64,000 nt of DNA from Eledone cirrhosa (Eukaryota): positions 93,930,001 through 93,994,000 of the forward strand of contig OZ024742.1 of NCBI GenBank assembly GCA_964016885.1, written 5' to 3'. The position numbers were made by a program, and so were the translations under genes. Shown piece after piece: positions 1 to 13,578 of this stretch. How positions within the stretch are numbered: the stretch's first letter is position 1; each line of letters begins with the position of its first letter. The notes under the pieces are model-generated. The model worked only from the letters and a program-made list of their open reading frames with translations, did no database searches and had not been told where the DNA came from.

Positions 1-417
1 AAGTTATGAAAATTAACCTTAAAAATTAAACCTTCCAACAGAAGTGACAAAGGACCATGAGAGCTGGCGCTATGTTGTGCTGGTGAAGACCCAACCAATA
101 GCATACAATGGGACTTATCTCCATGTTCTCCCTACACTAACACTCCCTAGCAGCTATTTTTTCCATCAGAATATACCCCACCCGACCCATGTCCCCTTCA
201 GCATTCACGCATTAGCTGCTGCCCCCTCAAAACATCTCAGACACCCTAGTAGCTACACTCTTCCTACCCATATCTCCTTCAATAGTACTCCATAGCAACT
301 ATCCTTATCATCAAAGGTTTGGGAGGACTCTTCAGTCATGTCAAGGGCTTAATAGCCTCCCGAGATTTGGTGATCTACATGATAAATGCACTCAGTACAC
401 ACTGCAAAATTGTTGGG

Positions 418-490
<73 letters not shown>

Positions 491-499
491 CACATACAT

Positions 500-765
500 A
501 TCTACATACAAGGGGAGGAAAAATAATAGTACCACTGATGATGTCGTAGATGTGTGACGAAAGAACTTTGATAGACTATATATATATTTATATCTGTATT
601 TTTAACCATTGGTCAATCAATGATAAATATTGATTGCCAAATAAATTAATTATGGAGATATAAAAGATACGGAAGCGAAAACCAACCCAAACCAAACAGT
701 GAGTGTGTTCTGTTATTATTTCTGGCAATACTATAACAATAGTACCCTCCCCAAGTATAACAATA
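500..765 (+). mobile_element. Non-autonomous HHR-bearing element between (TA)n tracts, copy 1
   Basis: Closely similar to 27905-28195, flanked by (TA)n, and contains an HHR motif. Confidence 0.7.
527..578 (+). ncRNA. Minimal type I hammerhead ribozyme candidate
   Basis: tagtacca CTGATGA t gtcgt-agatgt-gtgac GAAA gaac TT tgatagacta; stem II differs in a pairing-preserving way from the copy at 27923; stem I has a mismatch. Confidence 0.6.
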
Positions 766-780
766 TATATATATATATAT

Positions 781-1069
781 CGAAGGAATTGTGGTAAGGA
801 ACCAGATGCACCATAACGCACCAAAGTACTCAATACTTAGGGTAGTAGAGTGGGTAATAGGAACAAGTATGACCCCGACGGCAGAGCTCAAGCCGTTTCG
901 ACGTCTTGTCGAAGCGGCTTGAGCTCTGCCGTCGGGGTCATACTTGTTCCTATATATATATATATATAGGAATATCTTCAAGACCACGACGGCAGAGCTC
1001 AGGCCGTTTCGACGTATTGAGTACTCTGGTGCGTTATGGTCCACCTGGTTCCTTACCCCACTTCCTTCG
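781..1069. repeat. Nested inverted repeat carrying three partial HHR 3' halves
   Basis: Outer arms 781-836/1014-1069; inner palindrome 857-902/908-953; third, diverged copy of the inner arm at about 968-1013; minus strand reads gtc GAAA cggc..gccg TC. Confidence 0.85.
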
Positions 1070-1148
<79 letters not shown>

Positions 1149-1189
1149 TTTCTAGTTTTCTGTTTATCTGCAAAATTTCTAATAAAACT

Positions 1190-1990
1190 ATCAAAATTAA
1201 TTTCTCTGGGCAAGTTGGATTTGGACATAGTAGATCTTAAAAAGTATTTGATACATTTCAATTTGCTAAAAGATATTTCTGTTAATGCTACTGAAGCTAA
1301 AATCATCATGAATATTCTGAAAGCAATGCAAACATTTGGAAATATCTCACAAAATTTGTAGTCAGTTAATAAATTTAGCAATTCTAAAGGTGTCAGTTTT
1401 GATTTTTGTACTGACAGCAAATGTTACATGAACCAAAATATTATATCTTACAAATGCAATATTCTGGTTTATATTTCTTGAAAGAAGTAAATTATGTTGT
1501 CCACTAACATTATTTGCTTAATCTGTCCCAAGTCCAGTGCAATTATTTGTATAAATGTTGCTTGTTGTAAAAGATATTTCAGCTGCCTTACTGCAATGTT
1601 CAACAGTCTTTGAAACAATGGAACTTATTTTTAAAAAGGATGTTCCTTCATTTTAAGACTTATAAAAAAGCTCCATCATACTCATGTCCATTACCTTTAG
1701 GACACATGGGGTAGTTAATTTGTTAATACACAATGAATATTTTGATACTTCTAAATCACCAACTAACTCCTTGTGCAAGCCAGAGCATTAACATTCTTGA
1801 TTAGACTCATAAATTTGTTTGGCATAAATCCTCTTAGTGTAGCTTGTTATTTGGTGAGTTACCAATATTGTGTACTGCATACCAAATATTGCTGTGTTGC
1901 TATATTTAATTTGAAATCGTTCTCTTCTATAGTTTCAGTTCTAGCCCCCATAAATATATTTGAAATTAGATTTGAGTTTTCACAATTATC
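1190..1990 (-). pseudogene. Degenerate hAT (ZMYM1-like) transposase, C-terminal part
   Basis: FPNVCIAFRIFMMILASVALTEISFSKLKCIKYFLRSTMS matches the hATC dimerisation motif; 5' extent is approximate. Confidence 0.75.
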
Positions 1991-2834
1991 ACCATTTTAT
2001 GGTTTATAGATTTATCATCATCATCATCATGCATCTGCTTTCCATGCTAGCACGGATTGGGACTTGTTAGTACTGCATAAAATTATTCTGACATATAACA
2101 ATGTGAATGGACGTTCCTAATCTATGTTATACTGTCTTCCCACATTAGTATCTGACTTTCCCTCTTAAGATAAGGTAAAAGTTTCTAATAGAGGGACATT
2201 TCTGTTACTATAGCAAGAGACATTTCTTTTCACCTACCATATATACTCATGTATTAATGAATCCAAATTTAAGCTGAACCCCTATTTAATGTTTGAGAAA
2301 TGGGCAACAATAAAAACTGTCTATGAGTCAAGGTATTAAAAAAGCACATTATGTTTAGATGGTGTGGTTTTGTAAATTCCCATGAATGGAGAATAGTTTT
2401 ATATCTAAAATATTTTAAGTATCATTTAGAGTAAAGATTTTGGTTTCTTATTTCCATTATATAATGCTTTCTTTACCATTTTATCAGTTTCATATTGTTT
2501 CAACATTCTCCTTGAATTTTTATTTACTCCCTTTTAGAAGGTTTTTATTTAACATAGAAATCAAATAAAACATGTATATATGTACAATAACTATGTACAC
2601 ACACACATAGATATAAATCACCACTTTTCGAACATCCTACTCACAAACTTCCACAGATACTAACAGTCTCATGAAGAAAAGAAAATTTTGTCTGAGTTTG
2701 AAATTCGGCCCTTTCAGGCCCTTTCATACCTACGGTATGGGATACCATTCTGCTTTCACAGAATTGCAAATGTATTTTTTGTCTCTAACAATTTATTGTC
2801 ATTAGCTTTACAGCATTGAAATTCATTATTACAT

Positions 2835-3013
2835 GTGGATTGGCAGTATCGGTAGAGGGTCGGACGCCATGCTTTGCAGCAAAGAGTTACAGCCCTTTAT
2901 AGGAGTTCAAATCCCGCCGAGGTTAACTTTGCCTTTCATCCTTACGGGCTCGATAAAATAAAGTACCAGTAATACACTGGATAATTGCTGGCCTTGTGCC
3001 TAACGTAGAAACA
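2835..3013 (+). mobile_element. tRNA-derived SINE
   Basis: A box TGGCAGTATCGG, B box GAGTTCAAATCC, body shared with seven other copies. Confidence 0.9.
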
Positions 3014-3906
3014 GTTATAGATACTGCTATGCCGTTAATGAGAGCTATCTGGTCCACAGCCACAGAGACTAGGAGTAATAAATTCTGTGTGGATATATCC
3101 TGGCCAAAACCAGCTAATTGTGACGGTGGAGAAGATCAGATTAAAGGAGATATATTCTATAGAGGTCAAGGAGGTTATACAAAGTTATAAACAATTATAA
3201 AATATAATAGAAATTTATAAAAAAGTATTGAAAATTGGGTTGAATGTCTTCTTAAGTAAGTGCACAAAACTTAATTACAAACAATACATTACGTAAAAAA
3301 TATATTAAGAAAAATTATAAGTAAATATAGATATAAATATATATGAGTTATTGCCAGTGTTTCATTAGAATAATTGATTATGGGTAAGTAATCTAGTTCA
3401 CACATATATGTTTGTATTGTGAAAGAAAAGACAAGAAGCGTAGTTTGGCGTTCTGTAGCGACTGAAAGGTTCAAAAAATGATAGACCAGTACCGAGTATA
3501 TTCATACATTGAAAATGGGAGAATTAATTAATTAATTCCAAGCACTAAATAAATGGAAACAAATTCCGGCATCTTGTGTGTAACTCGGAAAGTCCTCAGC
3601 TAAATGTTAAAGTTGTGACGATCGTCACATAGCTAGCTTCATAAACACCTGGTATATTATTAAATGCAAACAGAAAAACCACCCTTCAGGCGGTTTTCTG
3701 CTAGCATATATAGTGTGCATATTAGTATTATACGCAAATATATATACCTATAGATATATGTAAATTGATAAGTAAATTGACAATATCTTCTTCTTCGCCC
3801 ACTTATTTCTGCTTGGCGGGGTTGCCGGTTTAGTCGCCGACGACACGACCATGAGATAGGTTGTACTGGGTTACATGTCACTAGTAATACTCGAGAGCTA
3901 CCTGAC

Positions 3907-4231
3907 ATACATACATACATGATGGCTGCCCCCTCGTTATCGAGTATGGTCATTGCACGATATACTATTATTAATAATTATTAATTAATTCTATCGTGCA
4001 ATGCCTGTGCGTGAAGATTTTTTTAAACTGAGGAAAGACTGTGCACTGAGCCAATCCCACTCTCTGAGCGACAGTAGCTATAACCCGAAAAGAAGAAACG
4101 ATCAACATCATCGGTAACTACTGAGCTGCAGCTTTTATATCGGAGTTATCCCAGTTTCATGAGTTGCCTTCTCCTAGAAGAATGCCCTGACAAAGACTAG
4201 GAGTCCTTCACTCCCAGTGGTTTAACAGCGC
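3907..4231 (-). mobile_element. Short non-autonomous retroelement, probably RTE-related, copy 1
   Basis: Near-identical to 4285-4611, with (ACAT)n at its left end; the RTE relationship is recalled similarity only. Confidence 0.6.
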
Positions 4232-4284
4232 GATCGGGTGTCCAGCCCGACTATTTCTATGTCCCCGCGCATGTACATACACAT

Positions 4285-4611
4285 GTACATACATACATGA
4301 TCGCTGTCCCCTCATTATCGAGTATGGCCATTGCACGATATACCATTATTAATAATTATTAATTAATTCTATCATGCAATATCTGTGCGTGAAGATATTT
4401 TTTAAACTGAGGAAAGACTGTGCACTGAGCCAATTCCACTCTCTGAGCGACAGTAGCTATAACCCGAAAAGAAGAAAAGATTAACATCATCGGTAACTAC
4501 TGAGCCGCAGGTTTTATATCGGAGTTATCCCAGTTTCCTGAGTTGCCTTCTCCTAGAAGAATGCCCTTTCAAAGGCTAGGGGTCCTTCACTCCCAGTGGT
4601 TTAACCGCGCG
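4285..4611 (-). mobile_element. Short non-autonomous retroelement, copy 2 (tandem)
   Basis: Direct repeat of 3907-4231; segments 3810-3910 and 4740-4840 are also duplicates of each other. Confidence 0.6.
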
Positions 4612-4850
4612 GTACATGAGTATATACATATTTACACACTACTGGATGGTCGTTGACTCTTATGAGTTCTTCCGCCCCCTGTCAGGGTTTGTTTTTTGTC
4701 CTGCAGGGTGTCCAAAATCACCCTCCTCACCAAGTAAACTTGGTGGGGTTGCCGGTTTAGTCGCCGACGACCCGACGATACGACAGGTTGTACTGGGTTA
4801 CATGTTACCAGTAACACCCAAGAGAGACCCGACATACATACATGCATGCA

Positions 4851-4894
<44 letters not shown>

Positions 4895-5467
4895 AGTGTG
4901 TGTGTGTTCACTACAACACACACACACGTGTGTGTTGTAGGGAAAATCGGGTTTGAAAAATGCAATGAGAGACCATTTGGTTATTTATGTGCCACGCGAT
5001 TTGATGATTATTTATATATGCACTTTTACTGGTGTCCGCTGTTTGTAGCCTTTTGAAAAAGATTTTCGTTGCAGCCTTCCGAAGAATACTTTTCGCGTTG
5101 TTGTCCCCTTATATTTTTGCTGAACAAAAGGAACGCCACTGGTTTTATCTTTGTCTCTTATATCGAGGAGAAAATATTTAATTACAAGGGACGTAATTCA
5201 GGTTCTTAATAATAATAAAAAAAAAATGTGTGTAAAAAATTGAGTTTGGCTAGAATTTACTTATGAAAATTATTTCCTTATTAATATGTTTTTCCTGAAT
5301 GATATTTTCGCTACACTGGTAGAATGGGCATCGAAATCTGGCAGAATTCGTCATCAACATTCCTCTATATGTTGGCTTTGAGGGATCTTTCTGGTATGCG
5401 AGTCCTAGATTTGTTGACGCTGAACTGTCATTTGTCTTCGGAGTGAAGTGCCTGCTGGTCTAATATA

Positions 5468-5639
5468 ATTATTTCTACTTTTGGCACAAGGCCAGCAAAT
5501 TATCCAGTGCATTACTGGTACTTTATTTTATCGGCCCCGTAAGGATGAAAAGCAAAGTTAACCTCGGCGGGATTTGAACTCAGGCCATAAAGGGCCGTAA
5601 CTCTTTGCTGCAAAGCATGGCGTCAGACCTTCTACCGAT
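5468..5639 (-). mobile_element. tRNA-derived SINE inserted in the PLE endonuclease region
   Basis: Reverse complement of the SINE consensus. Confidence 0.9.
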
Positions 5640-7107
5640 GTTCGTGGAACCCTTTACACGTTATAATGTAGATTCTCCTAGTGGCACGGGAAGTTATTTT
5701 TAATTTGAAAGATATAACCGTCCTTGAAATTAAATTTGTTGCTCTCTAACATACTTCGCAGAGAGGTCAATTGCACTTTTTTTTACATCAGGCACTTTAG
5801 TAACGGTTTGCAGTTTTGCATTCGTCAGTATCTCGTTTAGTGATCGTGGTTTTCGCTTTTTGTAAGATGTTTTTCATTTTCTGGCCCATTAGTAAATGGA
5901 TAAGTTTAGTTGTATCTGTGTGTATATCTCTGTGTTCTTTGGATTGAAAGTTGAAATGTATGGCATGACCTCTTTTTCTTGTTTTGTTTTTGCTTCTGTG
6001 TTTGGATATTGATTTGATTTGCATTTTCGATACTATTGTTAATTAAATTTTGAGGATCTTTTCTCTTGATAAGTATTTGTTTCATCTCGTTTAGTCTGTG
6101 GTTTCTGGTTGTTGGGTTTTAGGTTATTGTACAGATACGCTTGGCTAAGTTATCAGGGATGTTGGTACGGGTGAGTGATGGATGAGAAGATGTAAAAAGG
6201 ACGTATTGTCGGGGGCCAGTAGGTTTGAAATATATGTCAGTTTCTAATGTTCTGTTTCTTTTTGTTACTAGGATATCTAAAAATGGAAGATTCGTATTGC
6301 TAAAATCCATAGTGAATTGGATATTATGGTTTATGTCATTGATGAGGGTTTGAAATTTCTTTAGATAGTCAAGATTCTTCCTCCACAATATGAAGCAGTT
6401 GTCCAAGTAACTCTTCCAGTTTTCTTTTATGGAGTCACCGAAATTATTCACATGAATTTGTTCTTTTTTTTTTCTTTCTGTAAATTTGTAATTCATGGTA
6501 TCCCATGACTAGGTTGGCATATGTTAGTGCAACATTTGTCCCCAAGGTGGTTCCTGATTTCTGTCGATAAGCCTTTTCATCAAACATGAAATAATTGTTT
6601 TTTAAAATGAATTCTATGATGAAATTCTTATTGAAACGGTCTGGTAGTTCATAGGGGAATGAGTCTAACCAGTGTTTGATGACTTCGATTCCGTAATCAT
6701 ATAGAATGTTCATCCAATGAGACCATTTCATCTGGTAGATAGTTGAGAAAATCTCAATTATCTTGTATGAAAATCCGAAAGTGTTTGAGGAGAGGTTTCA
6801 ATAAAATGCCTAAAGAATTGCTTAGATGGTGTGTTTTGCAAATTGGACCAGCTATAATAGGTTTTAAGTCAGTTTATATGGTTATAATAACACAATTGGT
6901 TTTCGCTATTTTACATGTGTCATTAATTATTTTGTTATGTAATTTCGGCAAACCATAGAGATTACTCGTTTTACATCTAAAATTAGTGAGATAGTCTAAT
7001 TCTTTATCAGCTTAGCACTCTATATAAATATATATAGAAAATCTGCGGTGCTGAAAGCTAAAACCGCGTGGCGCAATGGTCGGGGTTTTCTCCCCCCCCT
7101 CTCTCTT

Positions 7108-7160
<53 letters not shown>

Positions 7161-7347
7161 TATATATATATATACAGTATATATATATATACACACATTA
7201 ACTTTCTTTGGTTTATCCAACAAATAAATAGTATGACACAAGCTTCTACCATTCCTATTTTTATAACTTTTATGCTTAATTAAAAATTTAATTCATTTCA
7301 TGAAAGTCATTTTAACCCAGTCAAATCTGTTCGGATTCCATGAAACA

Positions 7348-7437
7348 AAAGCGCTCATTTTAAAGTGTTCCTCTTTGGGTTAAAATCTTCAAAAGCGCTC
7401 ATTTTAAAGTGTTCCTCTTTGGGTTAAAATCTTCAAA
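7348..7437. repeat. 45-bp tandem duplication
   Basis: aaagcgctcattttaaagtgttcctctttgggttaaaatcttca occurs twice. Confidence 0.9.
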
Positions 7438-7803
7438 CATAATTTTATATAAGAACCACACGTTAAGTTATCATCTTAAAGATTTACTAAAATTAATAAT
7501 TATAATTTTAGTAAATCCCTCGAAATTTTTCATTAACTAAAATAGAGAACATTTCATAAGAAATAAGGTTACGATAGGATTAAAGCACGAATTATTTCAG
7601 TTATGTTTGTGTATATACGGTTTCTTTTATTAAAACCTGCTGATGGGGTATCTTTTCTTCACTATCTGAAGTAGAGTGTGATTCTGTTAATTCTTTAAGG
7701 TCTTCTAGTTCGAAATTTATGTTATCAGCGTGTAATAAATCATGAATATCACCTGCACCGACTTACCCAAATCTTATTTCCTGCACCACTTCTACAGTAT
7801 TAT

Positions 7804-7989
7804 GATTGGCAGTATCGGTAGAGGATCGGATTCCATGCTTTGCAGCAAAGAGTTACGGCCCTTTATGGTCTGAGTTCAAATCCCGCCGAGGTTGACTTTG
7901 CCTTTCATCCTTACGAGGTTGATAAAATAAAGTACCAGTAATGCACTGGGATAATTGCCGGCCTTGTGCCAAAAGTAGAAATAATTATT
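7804..7989 (+). mobile_element. tRNA-derived SINE
   Basis: A and B boxes plus the shared body. Confidence 0.9.
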
Positions 7990-7992
7990 GTA

Positions 7993-8237
7993 GAACGAAA
8001 ATGTTTCCGAGGTAATCCAATCTAAAGACAAGTTTGTGGACAGAAATAATGTTTTCATAGCCGAAGTCCGTTCCCTTCGGCTATGAAAACATCATTTCTG
8101 TTCGTTTCCTTGTCTTTAGATTGGATTGCTTGGAAAGGTAACGTTTTGCATAAAGATTCTGTCTGGTGATATCGCGTGACCGGTTACGTGACTGAACAAT
8201 CACGTAGCCACGATCGTCATTAAAATACGTATCACAG
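7993..8237 (+). repeat. About 70-bp-arm inverted repeat followed by a degenerate HHR
   Basis: Arms meet at loop 8067-8074; then ctgt CTGGTGA...aAAA tacgta TC acag (8159-8237) with two core mutations. Confidence 0.65.
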
Positions 8238-8449
8238 TTTTGTCAATAAAGGAATCTTTAACATCTACATCAAACTTCGGATCTTTCTCTCTCTCTCTTT
8301 ATATATATATATAATCACTGGCCCTTTGAAGGTGTACAAACGACAAAATTAATCCTGTATATTTATATATATGTCCAGAACATTCTAAAGTCGTTTTAGA
8401 ATGATCTGGAACGTGCATGCGTGTCATACTCTGATTGGACAGTAGTAGA

Positions 8450-8495
8450 TTTGCACAATGAGTGATACGTACTGTCCTAGTTTCAGCCAATCCAT
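8450..8495. promoter_or_regulatory. Second of two opposed CCAAT boxes (ctgattggac at 8431, agccaatc at 8485); possible promoter
   Basis: Motif match only, in non-repeat DNA. Confidence 0.2.
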
Positions 8496-9692
8496 TCTGT
8501 ATGCCAAATATTCACATATCTGTCTTTTCCCCCGAGTGGATTATTTTACATTCTTAGAAAAGCAACGACTAGGTCTTTCTTCATAATTTAAAGGATATGA
8601 TTTCGATTATTACCTGTGGATCATCCAAACAAAATGAAAATATTTTCACTAGGTACACACATTTGGAGTGAATCAAGGTTTGAATGACATTCAGAAACAC
8701 CCCCAAAAGTCATAAGTACCTTGAGCTCAAGATCATTTTCAGTAAATTTCGACAGCGAAATTTTCATTAAAACAAATTTTGTGTAACCTATTTTTTCTCT
8801 TACAATTTCATATAACAGGAAGACAAAATTTAGAGACGTCTTTCCTTCGCTTCTAACAACAATACTTCTTTATATCCTGGTGCATCATAATTTTCATAAT
8901 TTTGATTGATAAATTGTATTGAAATTTCATTTACAGTAGTAGTGTAAAATGTGATATTTGTGCATATAATTTACAAATATTCTATATTTGTAAAAAGCTA
9001 TATAATTCCAAACGTGCTCCTAAAAAATTTAACACTTTTTCCACATTTTTCACTATTTTAATGTGAGACTATATTAGTTGTGATGTGTTACATTTGTAAG
9101 TGAAAGGTGTAAATGCGAGCATGAAGCCTAATATTACAGTTTTTTCAGATAAAATCCTTTGCGATATTTGTTCCAGCCATGTTATACAGACAATCTATCT
9201 CAATATTTTAAATGCAATGAACCAGTGACTGGTTCATTGGAAAATTATAGCCAGCTTTGTTATTGTTCACAAATTGCAATAAAAAATAAATGATTTGATA
9301 ATTTCGATATGCCATCCAAATACACAACATTATTTGAGTTAATGATAATATAAATTAATGCATGGAACATTAAAAGTCTAACTAGAAATAAATATGCAGT
9401 TGGGGAAAAACATTATATTAATAAATGATTAATATGTTTTCCTTTAGTTAATAGCGTCTCTGAATGATTTCATTTTTAAACAATACTGTTTCCGATACCA
9501 ACAAATATATTAAGTTGGATATTTAAAAAATCCAACAAATTCTCCTAACTGCTGATGAAGACATAGAGGATTTTTAACCTGTTGAAGCCCATCCCTCTTC
9601 AAGTCTGAATATACCTGATTTCTTCCAGAAAGAGGAAAATAGAAAGAAGGCAAGAGAGAGAGAGAGAGAGAGAGAGTGAGAGAGAGAGAGAG

Positions 9693-9729
<37 letters not shown>

Positions 9730-12282
9730 GATAGAGAGAGAGAGAGCCCGATAGAGAGAGAGAGAGAGAGAGAAAATAATTTGGCCTTTTGAATTACTCG
9801 CATCCCATATTCAACCTTCTTCAATCAATGTACTTCTCAAAACTATTAATATATAGAGTTGCTGCATTTCACTTGAATGCTGTGGATGTTAGTGTCTGCA
9901 CCCTCAACCACCCTTTAACAATTTTGAAATCTGCAGCTCTGTTTCTATGAAACAAAACCACCCATTTTAATTTTATAAAAAAACACGTTACGTTATTATT
10001 TTAGTAATGAAATAATTAATGATTTCATTATTTGCTTCAGAGTGTATTTCCTTACAAACATTCTTAAATCACCATCAACACTTCAAAGATACATTCAGGG
10101 TCCTCAATTATAGTCCTTTGCTTGAGGAAACCTAGGAGACATCGGTATCTGTCAATGGAATGACAAATTTAAGCTGGGTAGGGTTAACATTTCCACTATT
10201 CTAAGAGTTTGACCATCTAATGGACAAGAAAATATTGAATAATTAAGGAAAACTAATAATGTAAAGTTCAGAATTAGACTTACAAAACTTTTAGAAAAAC
10301 GTTGGAAAAATATTGTTTATAAGAAAAGTGCTTCCATTATATATATATTTTTTCGTTATTATTTATTTAGTTATTTATTTCATTTGTATCTTTTTCTCCA
10401 ATTTTTGTTTTGTTAGGGAATAACTAAAAGTTTTTTCTATCTCTTTCATGTTACAATTATCAGTTTGCTGTGTTGTTTCCCCAGGCAAAATATCTAAGAT
10501 TAAAGCAAAAGCTTTTTATTCCTTTGGATAAATGAAACTTCTGTGATGGTATCAAATAAAGACCAACTATTATCATCCAACCCATCCCTAATCCCCTTCT
10601 TCACACAGCTCATCACTGACAAAGCTATAGTTACTCAGTTGAGTTTTCAAAAATGGGAGTGAAGGAAGTTAACAACATTTCATTTCAAATTAGTGCAATT
10701 TGCCACCATCCTCTGGTGAGATTGTATTATATTTGCTGATATAAATATATTTTATTTTATATTGTTTAACCCCAGGACAGGTCCGATCAAGAATTTTGAT
10801 GATTACCCCTTTTGATACCTCATGGTGAGTAAAAAATGATCTGTATAATATGGTTGGAATAAATATCACAAGAGACATCATTGAAAAAAATTAGATTAGC
10901 AGTTTTCTTACATGCATTCACAACATTCTCCAATATACATCAGCAAAACATTCTCAACAGTCTTCTGCACATGTTACAGCAAACTGCTTCTGGTTCTATA
11001 ACAAAAGCTGCCTGCTTTTTACATCCATCTTGTTCCACCTGTTTGTCCATGCTTGCAAGAGTTGGAATTGTTCTCTCCAGCATAGCACCTTTCACTTGTG
11101 TTCACCTGTATATAAAATTATTGATAATCTTATGAGTTAGCTTGTTTATCTGTTTAGTTTTTGGAGAGCATACTTTTCCTGAAAAAAGGTCCTCTCTGTT
11201 ACCAATATCTTTAAAGCATAGACTAGGAGCATTTTATTGTGCCATGTGAAATAGCGAGGTTGTCTGACAGGATTTAAAGTCTTCTCTATCTTGAAACAAT
11301 TTTTATTCAGAGTGACTATTCTCCTAGATGGTTTGCCTTCACTATGACTTATGGAGCTCACCTATACCCCTTGTAATCTTATTTATTCCTAGTGACTACT
11401 CACCTAGATTTGATGCGTTCTCCATGACCTATAGCACTCATGTCTACCCTATAGTTTTATTTATTTCAAATTACTGTTTCTCTAGAAGTGTTGCCTTCTG
11501 TATGCCATATGAACCTCTTGTATTCCTGCAAGATATCTACTGCATATAAGACATTTTATCACCCTTTTATGGAGAATGTTTCATTCGTTCCAAACCTTAT
11601 CTTACCATTTTAAAAATGCAAGCAATTTTATTACATTTCTTCAATTTCTTGATTATTTTCAAAATCAATTGAAATAGTGGTAGTGGATCCTATTTTTGTT
11701 CAACCTGTATATTACATGACATAACCACGTACACATCCATGGAGACGCATAGAGACTCACTCACATTATTGGCTTCTGAAGTTTCCATTTAACAAAGTCT
11801 ATTAACAAGGCATTGGACCAACCGAGTTTATAATAGAAGACATACTAACGAACTGAACCTAGAACCATATGTTGTGAAGCAGTCTCCTTACCTGCACAGC
11901 CATGTCTCTTCTCTATATCGATTTATTTCTTAAAAGTATTTGGATCGTTCTATATTATTAAATACATTTTAAGTAAAGTACTAGTTGTTATATAAAATTT
12001 AGAAAATAAAACAAGTTTGTTCAAATTTTAATGTTTTTCTATATTAGTTGATATATATGTGAAAGTTTCTATCAAAATAGTTCATCGTCTGTCCATATAT
12101 ATCTACACTACACTGTATATATCTGTATCAGTGTAAGTTATAAGAATATCTATCTGAAATATACATGGATATATATGTCTTCACAAATAAACACACACAC
12201 GTGTATGTGTGTGTGTGTATACACATATGTGTGTTACCAAGATTCACTCACCTATGTCAATGTCACAAGTGTTTAAAGTATA

Positions 12283-12287
<5 letters not shown>

Positions 12288-12331
<44 letters not shown>

Positions 12332-12417
12332 ACATATATATTCCAGACAGAAAGTTATTTGTCACTAATACACACGTACCCAGAGGCACACATGCACACA
12401 CACATATATGTATATAA

Positions 12418-12448
<31 letters not shown>

Positions 12449-12484
12449 ATATATAGTATATATATATATATATATAATATATAG

Positions 12485-12557
<73 letters not shown>

Positions 12558-12578
12558 TATATAATATATAAATATATA

Positions 12579-12668
<90 letters not shown>
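12288..12668. repeat. Long compound (TA)n/(GA)n microsatellite, representative of dozens in the window
   Basis: Seen directly. Confidence 0.95.
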
Positions 12669-12673
<5 letters not shown>

Positions 12674-13447
12674 GTACCATAATGTAAGGTTGTTTATATA
12701 GGTATCCAAGAACATACACACATGTACATATATACAAACAACATAATAGTATGTCTATATAGGCCTATGTTAGTATTTAACTGTTGTTATGTCTCTAATA
12801 TGACATATGTCTTTATCACACAACTATTATTATTATTTGTATTAGTTTCCTCTTTATTAAATCGATACTATTATGTTTCTTAATTATGTATTTTTTATAT
12901 CCAGACATTTAAATGTTTATATAAAGTAAATATATATATATATATTTATATATACACATACACACACGCACACACAAACACACATATATATATATATATA
13001 TATGTATATAATATGTATACACATACACACACACACACACACATATACATATATATATATATATATATATGTATTTTTAAAAATGTTGTCCTGCAACATA
13101 TATTTCTCAAAGACAAACTAAAAATAAAAGTTGATATTAAAGATGGAAGTAATAAAACTCAATATTTTCAAGAATTATAGGTTCCCTATAAAAATTTAGC
13201 AGACAGTCGTAAAGTATTGATAACCTGGCTTGTTCATAAAATAATAAAACATAAAATTAAACTTTTTCTATTCATTTGTTTGAGGGTTGAGACATTAACA
13301 CAAAAAATGAAAACAAATTATAGAATGTCATACACTCACAGACACATACACATCCATATCATAAATGTGTGTGTGTGTGTGTCCTCTCTGTGTGTGTATG
13401 TGTGTGTGTATGTGTGTGTGTATATATAGAAATATAAACATACAAAA

Positions 13448-13490
<43 letters not shown>

Positions 13491-13520
13491 GTTATATAAT
13501 AAACAACATAAGATCATTAT

Positions 13521-13578
13521 TTCATTTACCGATGGTTTCTTGAAAGCAGATGTATCTATTTTCAGTCGTCAGAATGAA
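13521..13578 (-). ncRNA. Type I hammerhead ribozyme
   Basis: Minus strand: ttcatt CTGACGA c tgaaa..tttca a GAAA ccatcgg TA aatgaa; 6-bp stem I, GUA triplet. Confidence 0.8.

Larger units (their letters stand above)
5240..7800 (-). mobile_element. Degenerate Penelope-like element (Neptune-like RT + GIY-YIG), interrupted by a SINE and (TA)n
   Basis: YRQKSGTTLGTNVALTYANLVMG, WKSYLDNCFILW, LPFLDI, TDIYFKPT..SSHP..NIP; GIY-YIG C-terminal remnants at 5240-5465; 5' boundary is approximate. Confidence 0.85.

Noticed and set aside
319-1240. ORFs rich in YIYI/CVCV/THTH here and throughout the window
   Set aside because: These are translations of stop-free (TA)n and (CA)n microsatellites
2835-2915. 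tRNA gene
   Set aside because: A and B boxes are present, but it is the head of a multi-copy SINE with no cloverleaf acceptor stem
3570-3605. Minus-strand CTGAGGA with a hairpin
   Set aside because: No GAAA or stem III follows
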